This document shows positions 1-9,884 of a stretch of DNA of 64,000 nucleotides, one piece after another. A model generated the notes under the pieces. That model was not told the origin of the DNA. It was given only the letters and a program-made list of their open reading frames with translations, and searched no databases. The stretch covers positions 86,579-150,578 of the IMG/VR virus record IMGVR_UViG_3300028833_000075. One strand, written 5' to 3'. The position numbers and the translations under genes were made by a program. Positions within the stretch are counted from its first letter, which is position 1. Each line of letters begins with the position of its first letter. This stretch comes from a virus (taxonomy: Duplodnaviria > Caudoviricetes).

Positions 1-194
1 AAGGTGGAACTGCCGGGCAGAACAGCCACAGGGAACAGAGACCAACCGGCATTAACATCCAGAGTCTCGATGTTCGCACTAACAGTTGCAGCAGTCAGCT
101 CATCAAACGCATAGGCATGGCCATCGCACCGACGGAAAATAACCTTCGGGACATCGGCAACATAGCCTTTAAGCGCAGCATTATAGGTCGCCAT
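1..194 (-). CDS. probable major tail protein, 5' part (runs off window)
   Basis: ATG at 194-192 with upstream AGAGAGG RBS; reads MATYNAALKGYVADVPKVIFRRCDGHAYAFDELTAATVSANIE...; position after head-tail genes. Confidence 0.5.
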   Translation of the reverse strand, partial: MATYNAALKGYVADVPKVIFRRCDGHAYAFDELTAATVSANIETLDVNAGWSLFPVAVLPGSST

Positions 195-356
195 AGTACA
201 TGACCTCTCTTATAATTTATTTATACCTCGGCCTCAATAATCTGTCCTCCCAGAAACTTCATATGTTGGCTTAGATATAGCAATGTAGAGGCCTTTAAAT
301 AACCTTTGCGACGTTAACCCAGCCGCCGGAGTGTATTATCAGCCCATGCAGGCTAA

Positions 357-824
357 TTAGTACGGCTTCATATAGTAAAAGGAAATACTCCTTCTCTCGT
401 AGCCGTTTGTTCTGGTTCCGGGGTCATCATTTCCCGGCGCAAGCCAGAAACGATATCCCGTTCCTGCAAGATATCTTTGCTGTGTTAAAAGTTTATAAAT
501 ACGTTCAACAATCAGATCCATCCGTGAAACTAAACGATCGTCTCCGATGTTGCGCATTTCTTCTTGCTTTAAATAAATATCAAATGTTAGTATATTTTTT
601 TTGACATTTGGCACTTCGGTATCATGTCCCGTAATATCAGAATATATGATTCTGCAAACTTCATCTGTTAAGAGTTTGTTTGTATATCCGGCACGAATAA
701 AATATCTATCGACAAATTGCAAGATGCCTGTCTTTGGAGGTATTTTCATTAGCCGCTTTAAGTCGAGATCAGGCCAAATGATCTGCCGGATTATTTTATT
801 CCATGCATAAGTCCAGCCAATCAT
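357..824 (-). CDS. putative tail terminator / head-tail completion protein
   Basis: 155-aa ORF; synteny just upstream of the tail gene. Confidence 0.45.
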   Translation of the reverse strand: MIGWTYAWNKIIRQIIWPDLDLKRLMKIPPKTGILQFVDRYFIRAGYTNKLLTDEVCRIIYSDITGHDTEVPNVKKNILTFDIYLKQEEMRNIGDDRLVSRMDLIVERIYKLLTQQRYLAGTGYRFWLAPGNDDPGTRTNGYERRSISFYYMKPY

Positions 825-1237
825 TTTAAAACACCTCCTAATTGTTCTTGTATTTTTTGAATAATTGGTTCCTTACACGATTCTGCCAGCCGATTTTTTA
901 CATCAGCCGTCGCTAATCTGTCTTGAACCATATCGTTTATTCGTGATTTAATAACAGAATAAGCATTGGAAAGAATAAATTCAGCGTAAGAATCTACTCC
1001 GTCCGGGATAGATAAATAATATAAACGAGCTGAGATATTGTTGTCAGATATCGTTACCTCTGCTCTTGCTTGTCTTGCAAGATCGCTTAATTTATTTTGC
1101 TGTGTTTCAGATTGAGCCGCAGAAGCTTCGGCCATAATCTCATACTCAAAATATCTTCGACATTCGGATTGCATGTCGAATCCTTGATCTCCAAGGATTT
1201 CAGCAAGATTATTAATTTTAATATCCATGCAAACCAC
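821..1237 (-). CDS. virion morphogenesis protein (neck/tail completion), hypothetical
   Basis: 138-aa ORF overlapping its neighbours in the late operon. Confidence 0.45.
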   Translation of the reverse strand: MVCMDIKINNLAEILGDQGFDMQSECRRYFEYEIMAEASAAQSETQQNKLSDLARQARAEVTISDNNISARLYYLSIPDGVDSYAEFILSNAYSVIKSRINDMVQDRLATADVKNRLAESCKEPIIQKIQEQLGGVLK

Positions 1238-1991
1238 CTGGCTGTTTTTTAGCTTGGATTTTTAGTGTGCCGAATGTGCCTGTTATGTCTACGCCAACCC
1301 TGTTAATATCAACGATTTCATATGTTTCGTCGCCCCATTCAAATATATCATCGACATGAATATTTTTTGTTTGCTCGTTAAATTGAACAGTTAAAAGCGT
1401 TAAAGCGTTAACGACTCCACCTGGCGTTCCGGATACTGTGACGTATTCCGGTCTTCCATCGTATCTGTATGCGTTGCACGGGATTGGCTCGACAATTGTT
1501 TGAAATTGTCCTTCGTTTCCATAATCGTACTTTTCTCCGCTTACTACATACCCATCTTCATTAATTACGTAGCCTTCTTCGTCGACTTCAGCCGCTTTAA
1601 ATCTTTTTATGTTCAGATATAAATTACAGCGCACAGCTCTGGATGGAATGTCGTTCGACTCTTTATGACCGTCCCAGTCTAGAATAAAAATTGTTGAATC
1701 TGGTTCGACAACCATGTCTCCCTTTCTGATTCCGCTTGTAAGGGAGCAACGTATATTCATATTATTGTCTGTATTTTCATATCGGCTTTTTGTACTGTCT
1801 GGATAGATTTCTCCACGGATATAAACTGGTTCATAACCTTCTTTGTTCCTGTTGTACCAATTATGGATAAGTTCAAAATCCATGTTTGTATTAGGGATAT
1901 CCCTATCCAGGAAAGCATCGAAGTCTGCGGCTAATGTTCTTGGAACCCTAAACCGCTTGGAGGTACCTTGCGGTACATATGGAATAGACAT
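1218..1991 (-). CDS. putative head-closure / head-tail joining protein
   Basis: 257-aa beta-rich ORF with C-terminal 'DDIFEWGDETYEIVDINR' pattern typical of head-closure barrels; synteny. Confidence 0.5.
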   Translation of the reverse strand: MSIPYVPQGTSKRFRVPRTLAADFDAFLDRDIPNTNMDFELIHNWYNRNKEGYEPVYIRGEIYPDSTKSRYENTDNNMNIRCSLTSGIRKGDMVVEPDSTIFILDWDGHKESNDIPSRAVRCNLYLNIKRFKAAEVDEEGYVINEDGYVVSGEKYDYGNEGQFQTIVEPIPCNAYRYDGRPEYVTVSGTPGGVVNALTLLTVQFNEQTKNIHVDDIFEWGDETYEIVDINRVGVDITGTFGTLKIQAKKQPGGLHGY

Positions 1992-2006
1992 TAGCCGTCA
2001 CTCCTT

Positions 2007-2336
2007 TTATTTCATAGTTTGGTTAATAAAATCAGAGATAGATATTTGATCTGCTTTGATTCCCTTGTATGTAAGATTTTGTGGCAGCCGTTTAATTGCG
2101 TTTGCCTGATCCAGCATTTTATGTCGAATCTTTTTAAAGCGTTCCATCATTTCCGGATCCCATTCTTCTTTCTGTTTGTTCCCGGAAAATACATAGAATG
2201 CATCTTCGATTTCCATAATCAGACGCATTAATTCAAGATTAAGCATCTCAGTATAGGAAATGAAATCATATTCTTTCTCGACAACTGTCTCGAGATTCTT
2301 GTTTTTATATTCTACTTTCACGATAAAGTCACTCAT
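2007..2336 (-). CDS. hypothetical phage protein
   Basis: 109-aa ORF, tightly packed in the operon. Confidence 0.6.
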   Translation of the reverse strand: MSDFIVKVEYKNKNLETVVEKEYDFISYTEMLNLELMRLIMEIEDAFYVFSGNKQKEEWDPEMMERFKKIRHKMLDQANAIKRLPQNLTYKGIKADQISISDFINQTMK

Positions 2337-2351
2337 TTGCCTTCAAATCCT

Positions 2352-2837
2352 TTACGATACGCCAAGAGTATATCGAACCATCTTGTAGTAAATGATTCTT
2401 CGCTCGTTGTCGAGTTTGTCAATTGTGTCTTTAAGATTAGTATACGGTTTATCTGCATTTGTTACCGTTATTGCATCAGTAGAGTAACCGAAGGCATTAT
2501 TCACATCGCTTTGCACTTTAGAAAAAAAATTTATTTCTGCGCAGATTTGAATATATCTTCTTTCGTCTAACGGAAACACCGCGTCGTAACCGTAATATGT
2601 AATAGTTTCACTTTCTTCGAAAGAGCTTTCGGGTTCTTCAATGCCTTCAGGTTCTTCTTCTGTTACTGTTACATACTTTTCTTCGTCGTATTGTTCTGAG
2701 CGGCCAGTATCGACGAAGAGCCTTTCGATTCCATCTATAACCATATTAATATAATTCTTGTCGGTTAATGGAACTGGAGTTTCCTGCCACTCCGTCTTTT
2801 CTTTCAGCCATTCGGCTAATTTTGATATGTTTAACAT
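2352..2837 (-). CDS. putative head-tail adaptor protein
   Basis: ORF (probable start ATG after GGAGG); helical; position after the capsid genes. Confidence 0.45.
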   Translation of the reverse strand: MLNISKLAEWLKEKTEWQETPVPLTDKNYINMVIDGIERLFVDTGRSEQYDEEKYVTVTEEEPEGIEEPESSFEESETITYYGYDAVFPLDERRYIQICAEINFFSKVQSDVNNAFGYSTDAITVTNADKPYTNLKDTIDKLDNERRIIYYKMVRYTLGVS

Positions 2838-2856
2838 ACTGGCTGCCTCCAATTAT

Positions 2857-3306
2857 TTACTCGCTAAACACATCTGCTTCGGGAAGTCTTGCCATGATTA
2901 CCTTCATCTTGCTAGTTGGAAGATCCATGCTCTTTGCAACGTCCAAAATAGAATTAAGTTCAATCACGTCTTCAATCTTCTCAAGCCAAACTTCGATCTG
3001 TTTAGCTGATTTTTTCAAGTTTGCGCTGATCTCGTCTTTACTGAAATGTTTTTCAGAATATGTATCTGTATAACCGCCAAGATCCTCCAGCGTCAGATCC
3101 TTGCCGTCATCGCTTACGGCAACCAATTCTTTGGAAGAGAATGGCTTCTTCTTTCCGCGAGCGATTGTTTCCAGATACAGAATGTCGTTAACTGTCATAG
3201 GCAGAAAACTACCTGCCCGAATAATGGGCTTAACACCGCTTGTCAGTGTTACACCGATGTCATAACCACAACGGTTGAATACCCTGAATACTTTTGATCC
3301 ATCCAT
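2857..3306 (-). CDS. hypothetical virion-associated protein
   Basis: 149-aa ORF directly downstream of the capsid gene terminator. Confidence 0.55.
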   Translation of the reverse strand: MDGSKVFRVFNRCGYDIGVTLTSGVKPIIRAGSFLPMTVNDILYLETIARGKKKPFSSKELVAVSDDGKDLTLEDLGGYTDTYSEKHFSKDEISANLKKSAKQIEVWLEKIEDVIELNSILDVAKSMDLPTSKMKVIMARLPEADVFSE

Positions 3307-3328
3307 GTTCCTTCAATCCTTTCGAAAT

Positions 3329-3369
3329 TAAAAAGCGGGGAGAGGCCAAAGCCTCTCCCCTTTATTTTT
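3329..3369 (-). terminator. intrinsic terminator after major capsid gene
   Basis: hairpin GGGGAGAGGC-caaa-GCCTCTCCCC with T-rich runs on both strands. Confidence 0.75.
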
Positions 3370-3381
3370 ACCCGTTTTAGT

Positions 3382-4386
3382 TTACGCAATCTCGTGAGCG
3401 CCAGCTGTAGGATTCTTGCCAACAACGAAGGCCGCGCCAAACCAAGTGTAAAGCAGCACTTCGGTAACGCGATCATCGATGTTCTGAGAAGCCATAGAGT
3501 TGATACCGCCTTCATTGACGATCTTCAGGTTCCGCATTTCAGCAGACTGTCCGCCAGGAACGATGTAGATCCAGTCAGGATTCAGCACAGGAGTCACGCC
3601 ATCAGCCTTGTAAGCATTGTTCATACCTACAACATCAGCGCCCTTCCACTTGCCGAGGAAGCCATTGCCATTATGCTCATCGATCATGGAGCCGGAGTAT
3701 GCCCAAGTAGGCGTAGTGTTGATAGTCATGCCAGCAGAAGCATCCAGCTGACCCACAGCCGCAATATCGCCCAGCAGTGTCACAGGACCCAGCCGACGGA
3801 AATGCAGCACCTGAGCCTCCAGCAGAGCAGGATTGAAGCCGCCGGTGCTCTTGGCGTACCAAGGAGTTGCATTCACATTCTGGAAGCCAGCCTGCAGAAC
3901 GTTCTCCACGATCTCCAGCTTCTTTTCCAGAATCTTGGCATTCGCTTCACGAATCAGGTCGGCCATATTGAAGCGGCCAGCCTTCAGATCAACGATGTTG
4001 ATAGCAGGACGAGCGGAGATTTCCTTCGTCCCGACCAGCAGCTGGTGATCTGTAATGTAGCTACGGGCAGTGGTGGCACCCTTAGCCTGAACATAAGCAT
4101 GGATGCCGTCGGTGCGAACCTTGAAAGCCGCCTTTTCGCCGTAGTTGATATTCTTTTCGTCGGCAATCGCGCCGAGGAAATCCAGAGCCTTATTCTGCAG
4201 CTCTTCAACTGTAAACGCAACGATCTGACCGATCTGATGGCAGGTCTGAGGATTCAGGTCTTCCAGCAGTTCAGAGATCAGGCTGTTCGCCTTTTCGATC
4301 TGATCGGAGTCGATGCGTTCATTCTGATTTTGAGCGGCCAGAACCTTGATCAGCTTTGTGCCGCGTTCAATCTTAATATCAGTCAT
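3382..4386 (-). CDS. major capsid protein
   Basis: 334 aa, strongly biased high-expression codons, GGAGG RBS, follows protease and decoration genes, followed by a terminator. Confidence 0.8.
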   Translation of the reverse strand: MTDIKIERGTKLIKVLAAQNQNERIDSDQIEKANSLISELLEDLNPQTCHQIGQIVAFTVEELQNKALDFLGAIADEKNINYGEKAAFKVRTDGIHAYVQAKGATTARSYITDHQLLVGTKEISARPAINIVDLKAGRFNMADLIREANAKILEKKLEIVENVLQAGFQNVNATPWYAKSTGGFNPALLEAQVLHFRRLGPVTLLGDIAAVGQLDASAGMTINTTPTWAYSGSMIDEHNGNGFLGKWKGADVVGMNNAYKADGVTPVLNPDWIYIVPGGQSAEMRNLKIVNEGGINSMASQNIDDRVTEVLLYTWFGAAFVVGKNPTAGAHEIA

Positions 4387-4402
4387 GTCCGTTCACCTCC
4401 GA

Positions 4403-4819
4403 TTAACCGATAGCGCCGGTAGCCAGAACGCCGTAGGAAGTTCCCACAGTGTACGCACTCGCAGCGCCGCTCACAATAAACTCTTCGCCAACCAGCAGGG
4501 GATGAGCGCGAAGCAGGTCCCCAACCTTCGTGACATATTCACGATTGTCGTATTCTCCGCCATCGTTAAAGTCGTCCATACCATTCTCAACGAAATAGTA
4601 CCGCTTGTTCAGCTTATCAACAACAAAACGATAGCCAAGTTCACCATAGATATCGGTGATTTCCTTACAGACAAACTTGGTAGTAGTATCGGCAGCAGGC
4701 AGCACCAGAGAGTCGCCATCCTGCACCATAATAGTGCCGTTAGCAACAGGAGCGGCTGCGCCGTTTACCAGTTCGCCTTCATACACATAGCCTTGAAGCT
4801 TTGTCATATAGCCAGCCAT
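4403..4819 (-). CDS. head decoration / capsid auxiliary protein
   Basis: 138-aa Gly/Ala/Val-rich ORF between the scaffold and MCP genes. Confidence 0.6.
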   Translation of the reverse strand: MAGYMTKLQGYVYEGELVNGAAAPVANGTIMVQDGDSLVLPAADTTTKFVCKEITDIYGELGYRFVVDKLNKRYYFVENGMDDFNDGGEYDNREYVTKVGDLLRAHPLLVGEEFIVSGAASAYTVGTSYGVLATGAIG

Positions 4820-4850
4820 AGTAAATCATTTCCTTTCGATAGATTTCTGC

Positions 4851-6254
4851 TTATCGACTAAGCAGATCCCGTCCGTTCTTCTTTTCTGCGGGTTGAAGCA
4901 GATCGTAGTAATCAGCTTTAGCCGTCATCGAATCAACAAACGGGTTAATCGCTTCTGCTGCAACATTAAGTTTTTCCGCAGAAGCCGTAACACGCTGTTC
5001 CTTCAGAGATTTAACCTCTTCAGCCAGAGCCTTTACGGTCTCTGTTAATTCAGCAATCAACTGTTCAGCGGTCTTTTTCTTCTCGTCGTCGTTTTCAACG
5101 CGAGGCACGGTTTCATCGGCAGCGGGTTCGGGATCTCCATCACCGGACTCGCCGGAGTTATCCGTGGGTACAGGATCATTCGCAGTAGGTTCCGGATCAC
5201 CGTCAGCCTCAGCGACACGTAAACCTTCTTCGGTCTCTACGAGAGTGCCTTCGATCGTGTCGCTTGCGCCTTCAGTTACTTCAACTCTTTGAAACGCAGA
5301 CTTTCCAGTTTCGGAATCGTATGCATATGTTGTTTCAGTAACAGAAGTTGTAGTGTCTACGTACACTGCCGCAGTTTCTTTTTCGGCTTCTTCAGCCTTT
5401 TTTTCTTCCTTTTTACAGGAAGCATCTTCGGTCTTTTCTTCTTCAGCTTTTACAGTTTCTTCTGTGTTCTCAACAGTTTTTTCAGCTGTTTCTTGGACCT
5501 TTGTTTCAGCCGTCTCGGTTTCCTGTTCGGCTACCGCTTCGGGCTGAGTTGCAGCCTGTTCAGGCTGGGTGGCTTCAGTGTTTTCTTCAGCCATAAGCTC
5601 TTGCTTGTTTTCAAGCTTTTCAACTTCCGCCATTTCCATCTCACCCCTTTCGGTGTTTCCTGCTTCGCGCTGTGCGACAAATTCAAGCGCAACAGCATCT
5701 TCACAAGCAGGGAAGGTCACAATGGCCGTGCCTTCCAGGTAATTGTTTTCGGACGCATCGATAATAAGGATTCCTTCTTCATCTTCTTCGTAATCAGAAC
5801 AGGCAATTTCAAAAGAAAATTTAAGAGAGCCGTCTGCAAAAAGAGTCGCAATTGCTTGACTTAATTTTTTGTTACGCTTCGGAATCCTGGCATAACCTAC
5901 AAGATAAGCCCCGCCTTTAAACGTTTCTTTTTCGAATTGATAGAAAGATCCAATCTGCGTCGAATAGAATTCTCCGGTCTTAGCATTGTACATGTGACCG
6001 AGATTACCGTACTTTCCGCTAAGTAAAGACTTAACATCTGCGTACAGCGGCAGTCCGACATACCGTTCTTCGTTACCGACGACTTCGTCGATAAAAGCTT
6101 CAGTAACTCTAACTCCATTAAGATTCGCTTTAGGAGTCTCAAGTATTCGCATCTTTACAGACATGAACATATCGGACTGTTTCATTTCGGAGATGACAGA
6201 AGCAAAGCTGATAAATTTGGCCTTACTCATAAAGTTCTCCTTCTTTGCTTTCAA
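4851..6254 (-). CDS. capsid maturation protease / scaffold fusion
   Basis: globular N-terminus (ANLNG, GHM, FSFEI) plus long acidic low-complexity, coiled-coil C-terminus; between portal and capsid. Confidence 0.65.
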   Translation of the reverse strand: MKAKKENFMSKAKFISFASVISEMKQSDMFMSVKMRILETPKANLNGVRVTEAFIDEVVGNEERYVGLPLYADVKSLLSGKYGNLGHMYNAKTGEFYSTQIGSFYQFEKETFKGGAYLVGYARIPKRNKKLSQAIATLFADGSLKFSFEIACSDYEEDEEGILIIDASENNYLEGTAIVTFPACEDAVALEFVAQREAGNTERGEMEMAEVEKLENKQELMAEENTEATQPEQAATQPEAVAEQETETAETKVQETAEKTVENTEETVKAEEEKTEDASCKKEEKKAEEAEKETAAVYVDTTTSVTETTYAYDSETGKSAFQRVEVTEGASDTIEGTLVETEEGLRVAEADGDPEPTANDPVPTDNSGESGDGDPEPAADETVPRVENDDEKKKTAEQLIAELTETVKALAEEVKSLKEQRVTASAEKLNVAAEAINPFVDSMTAKADYYDLLQPAEKKNGRDLLSR

Positions 6255-6410
6255 TTGTCAATGCTGGGAGTCAAGGCCAATTGAAGCGAATCTATATCAA
6301 CACTGTAAAGTGTAGATATCGTCGGCTGTCAGTTAACGCAAGATAAAAGCGCGCCTCTTGCAAAAACTGTTTAACGATATTTTACGAGCTCGTTTACGGC
6401 CAAGTGCTCG

Positions 6411-6486
6411 TGGCTGCCCCTGTGGGGTTTGAACCCACGGCCTTCGGATTAACAGTCCGCTGCTCATCCAGCCGAGCTCAAGGGCA
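6411..6486 (-). tRNA. tRNA-Asn(GTT)
   Basis: reverse complement TGCCCTT...GCGGA-CTGTTAA-TCCGA...GTGGG-TTCAAAC-CCCAC-AGGGGCA-G-CCA; full cloverleaf with CCA. Confidence 0.9.
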
Positions 6487-6628
6487 AAGGAAACACCGGG
6501 GCCGAAGCCCCGGCTTTCGATATCCGTACTTTGAGTGACGGCAACTCAGGTTTTCAGATAAACCTTTTAACATAAAAAAGATATGGATTTGTTTATAACG
6601 GGCGTTCCATACTTTACGTCCGTATATG

Positions 6629-8215
6629 TTAGCCGGAATCTTCCGGTCTTGAACCTTCAGGATTTGACGGCTTAGGATTTTTTGCCCTGTCTGCGCTGTC
6701 CGGGTCGGACGTGCGTTCATTACTGTCTTTTTCCGGTCTGCCCGCTCCTTCGGACGGCTGTGCGACATTTCCTTCCCTTGAAACAAGTACGGAATCTATT
6801 TCTTCAGATTCTTCTTTTCGTTGTTCGACTTCTTTGTCGATTGAATATCCGTAAGCATCTAAGTAAGTCTTAGTTGAAACAACACCGCGAGACCAGAGTT
6901 CTTTACATGCTTCACGAAGAGCTTTTTTGCCCTCCATAGACAGAGGCATAAATTTAAATTCAGGGATTTCTTTCAGATTGTACGTACCGGGAATTATCTC
7001 TGTAAGGCGTTCGTTTATCCGATTCATCAACTCACAGAACTTTTCTCTTGCATCGTTGATCCTTGCTTCGGCTGTCTGCATTGAAATTTGAGCAGACGCA
7101 AACGTAGAACCGTCTTCGGATATGCCGCTTACGACAATACCTGATACACCGCCTGCAGAAAGAATATCGTTATTTACATCACGGTACTTATCCCATTGGA
7201 ACAAATCTGCTGTATCGGCCTGAACAAACTTAGAGTTTGCTAAATGGTTCGTAACAACAAGCGGGAATCCGGTCATACCCTTCTTAAAGATATTTGATAC
7301 CTGCCGAAGCTGATTATTGTCAGGCAGCATATCGTATCCTTTGGTCGGGTCGCCGTATTGTGCATGAGCAAAACCGTGAGCCGCCAGATTTAAAATTGCT
7401 TTTTCGTAAGTTCCGATTAACTCTTTTCTGGATAATGGTTCTAACGCAGAAGCAATAAAAGGAATTGCATATCTATTCCAGCTTTCTTTGTTCCCTTGCA
7501 TAACGTAAGTATTTTCTGGATTAAGTTGGACATATTGTTGTCCTTTGTTGATAGCAGTCTTTACTTCTTCAGGATAACCTTTGAAGTATTGATCTAAACT
7601 ATTATCTTTAATCCATCCTTCGTAAATAGAGTATCCCTTTTCTCTCCATTCGTTCTGGATAGATAAACAATCAAAGTCTACAATAGGCATACCATTCAGC
7701 ATCATATTGCCGATTCTGCATTTGTGAATAGGCAGAGTAATTAACTGTCCGTTTAAAAGATAACAGACAACGTTAGAATATTTCCAATATTCCAGCATAA
7801 TCCCGTTAATTTTTTCTCTCAGTCGCATCCGTTTATATTGTTCTTCGTATAGTTTGATTGTTTTTTCGTTGTTTCCTGTTAACAGCCAATCGGAACAGGT
7901 TGAAAAAGGAACAAATACATGATGCACAATGCCTTTTACAATCGGATCTGCATCTGTGTAGTAGTCTGCAAGCTGATATAAACTGATGATATTACCTTGT
8001 TTATCCCTGAGAATGGAATCGTAATCGTAACCGGAAAGATCGCCGCTGAATGTAATATTGGAGTTTGTATAACTCTGAAATACATCTGCGTCGTCTTTTG
8101 TTGCTCCGATAAACTCGTTTCTTCGAGTATTATCTATTGGTTCCTGTGAAACAACATTAGGTTTATAGGCAGCCCAAAATCGGGCGGTGGCCCGGAATCT
8201 ATCGAACATACCCAA
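6629..8215 (-). CDS. portal protein
   Basis: 528 aa immediately downstream of the terminase; helical, with acidic C-tail containing GAGRP. Confidence 0.8.
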   Translation of the reverse strand: MGMFDRFRATARFWAAYKPNVVSQEPIDNTRRNEFIGATKDDADVFQSYTNSNITFSGDLSGYDYDSILRDKQGNIISLYQLADYYTDADPIVKGIVHHVFVPFSTCSDWLLTGNNEKTIKLYEEQYKRMRLREKINGIMLEYWKYSNVVCYLLNGQLITLPIHKCRIGNMMLNGMPIVDFDCLSIQNEWREKGYSIYEGWIKDNSLDQYFKGYPEEVKTAINKGQQYVQLNPENTYVMQGNKESWNRYAIPFIASALEPLSRKELIGTYEKAILNLAAHGFAHAQYGDPTKGYDMLPDNNQLRQVSNIFKKGMTGFPLVVTNHLANSKFVQADTADLFQWDKYRDVNNDILSAGGVSGIVVSGISEDGSTFASAQISMQTAEARINDAREKFCELMNRINERLTEIIPGTYNLKEIPEFKFMPLSMEGKKALREACKELWSRGVVSTKTYLDAYGYSIDKEVEQRKEESEEIDSVLVSREGNVAQPSEGAGRPEKDSNERTSDPDSADRAKNPKPSNPEGSRPEDSG

Positions 8216-8233
8216 GGCGCATCGCCCCTTTCT

Positions 8234-9880
8234 TTAAAATCTTGAAACTACTCCAATTGCGGGAGTGCCACGATGGAAACGTTTGACGTTTTCTTTTTCA
8301 AGTTCGCTTATGTAATCGTTTGCCATTGCTAAACTTGAATATCTGTCCTTATGCTGTCCTGAATGTGGAACGTCGTATGTTTTGTTGCCGGAAGAAGATG
8401 TCTTCTCAACAATGTTCCCCATTTCAAACTGAAGAGCATCTGTTTCCAAGAAGATGGCAAGTTCTTCTCTGGACATTCTCTGTTCTTCGTTTTCGATCTC
8501 CTGTTGCCTTGCACGCATCGTTCTTTCCTGAATAGGCAGTTCCAGCATTCTTTTTTCCAAAGCCACTCTAAGGTTTGTATAGATTCTTTGGTTTAATGTG
8601 TTGACTGCCCTGAAAGGATGTAGCACTTGTTTGGCGTCAGGGTTCATGTTAGGTTCGTCGTCCACCACCAAAGGAGGAAACTCTTTTCCTGAAGCCGGAT
8701 CCAACCATTCTCGGTCGAAGAATCTATCAAAACTGTCTCCGACACCCCGTGCGTCATAGATAATCTTCTCTGCGTTAGGGAACTTAATATGATAATATCT
8801 TCTGACTTCGTCTGCGAGGTAGTCTAATGGTTTACCGTTATAGCTCCGCATATTAACTAACTTTCTGGCGTAAGTCCCGTCTTTACATTCCGTATACTTA
8901 ACTACGCTTAATATGCTGTTATCGGAACCTTTTGCCGTAGAAGTAGCGATATCCAGACAGATAACATACTTGGATTTGGAATTCTTCGGCTGTTCCATTT
9001 CAATCTTATCCAACGTCCTGCAAGGAGTTGTTAAAGCAAAAGGTAAAGCCGAGTTGGAATTAGCTCCTACAAATTTAGAACCATACTCCATATCGAACGT
9101 GGCTTCAGGCATACGTTCTTTTTCCTTCATGAAGAAATCCATGTCTGTGATTCCATTCGCAGCCGCAGACCGATAATCCAAAGCACAGCAGAATACAGAC
9201 TTGTCTCCCTTTGCCATACGAGTCAGGTCTTTCATAAAGTTTGTGTAATACTGATTGCTCTTTTCGCAGGCTGAAGTAATGGTAATAGTCTTTGAAGCGA
9301 AATCTTTGAATCCATAGTTGAAACAAACTTCTCTTGTCGTGTTACGAATAGGAGAAACAACCGCCTCCAAAGTATCCTGATCTACATCAAGCGCCTCGTC
9401 GATTATTATGATCTTTGCGCGAATACCTCTCGCGCTGTCGATAGAAGCTGAGATCAATTTGCTGCCATTCTTTAACGTACAGCTAGAACTATCCTTAGAT
9501 ACTTGGACTAACGATTTTGAATTAGCGGCGGATATTTCGTTTGCGATATTTGGATTCTGTTCTGCTAATAGTTTTAATTTGCCTAAGGCCAACGTAGCCT
9601 GTCTAGCCGTAGCAGAAACAATCAACACCGTCGTGCCTGGATACAGACAGCATAGTCCGAATCCGCCGAGCGAAGCGAGCCATGTCTTACCGTATCCACG
9701 GGAACATGTGTCTTTTGAGTCAACACAGTTACCCATTTGCCTAAGCATAACGTGTTGCGTTCTTGTAAGCTTGATAGGTTGAAACGCATCTTCCACAAAC
9801 ACATCAAGATGAGATCTGTAGAACATGACTTGTTCTTCCATAAGATCCCATCTTGTAACAACACCTGGGCGGGCTATCAT
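8234..9880 (-). CDS. terL: terminase large subunit
   Basis: Walker A SRGYGKT, Walker B IIIDEA, motif III ITSA, nuclease CLDIA and KDRYSS. Confidence 0.92.
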   Translation of the reverse strand: MIARPGVVTRWDLMEEQVMFYRSHLDVFVEDAFQPIKLTRTQHVMLRQMGNCVDSKDTCSRGYGKTWLASLGGFGLCCLYPGTTVLIVSATARQATLALGKLKLLAEQNPNIANEISAANSKSLVQVSKDSSSCTLKNGSKLISASIDSARGIRAKIIIIDEALDVDQDTLEAVVSPIRNTTREVCFNYGFKDFASKTITITSACEKSNQYYTNFMKDLTRMAKGDKSVFCCALDYRSAAANGITDMDFFMKEKERMPEATFDMEYGSKFVGANSNSALPFALTTPCRTLDKIEMEQPKNSKSKYVICLDIATSTAKGSDNSILSVVKYTECKDGTYARKLVNMRSYNGKPLDYLADEVRRYYHIKFPNAEKIIYDARGVGDSFDRFFDREWLDPASGKEFPPLVVDDEPNMNPDAKQVLHPFRAVNTLNQRIYTNLRVALEKRMLELPIQERTMRARQQEIENEEQRMSREELAIFLETDALQFEMGNIVEKTSSSGNKTYDVPHSGQHKDRYSSLAMANDYISELEKENVKRFHRGTPAIGVVSRF

Positions 9881-9884
9881 ACGA

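Noticed and set aside
3394-4413. 339-aa plus-strand ORF
   Set aside because: Antisense shadow of the codon-biased major capsid gene; no RBS
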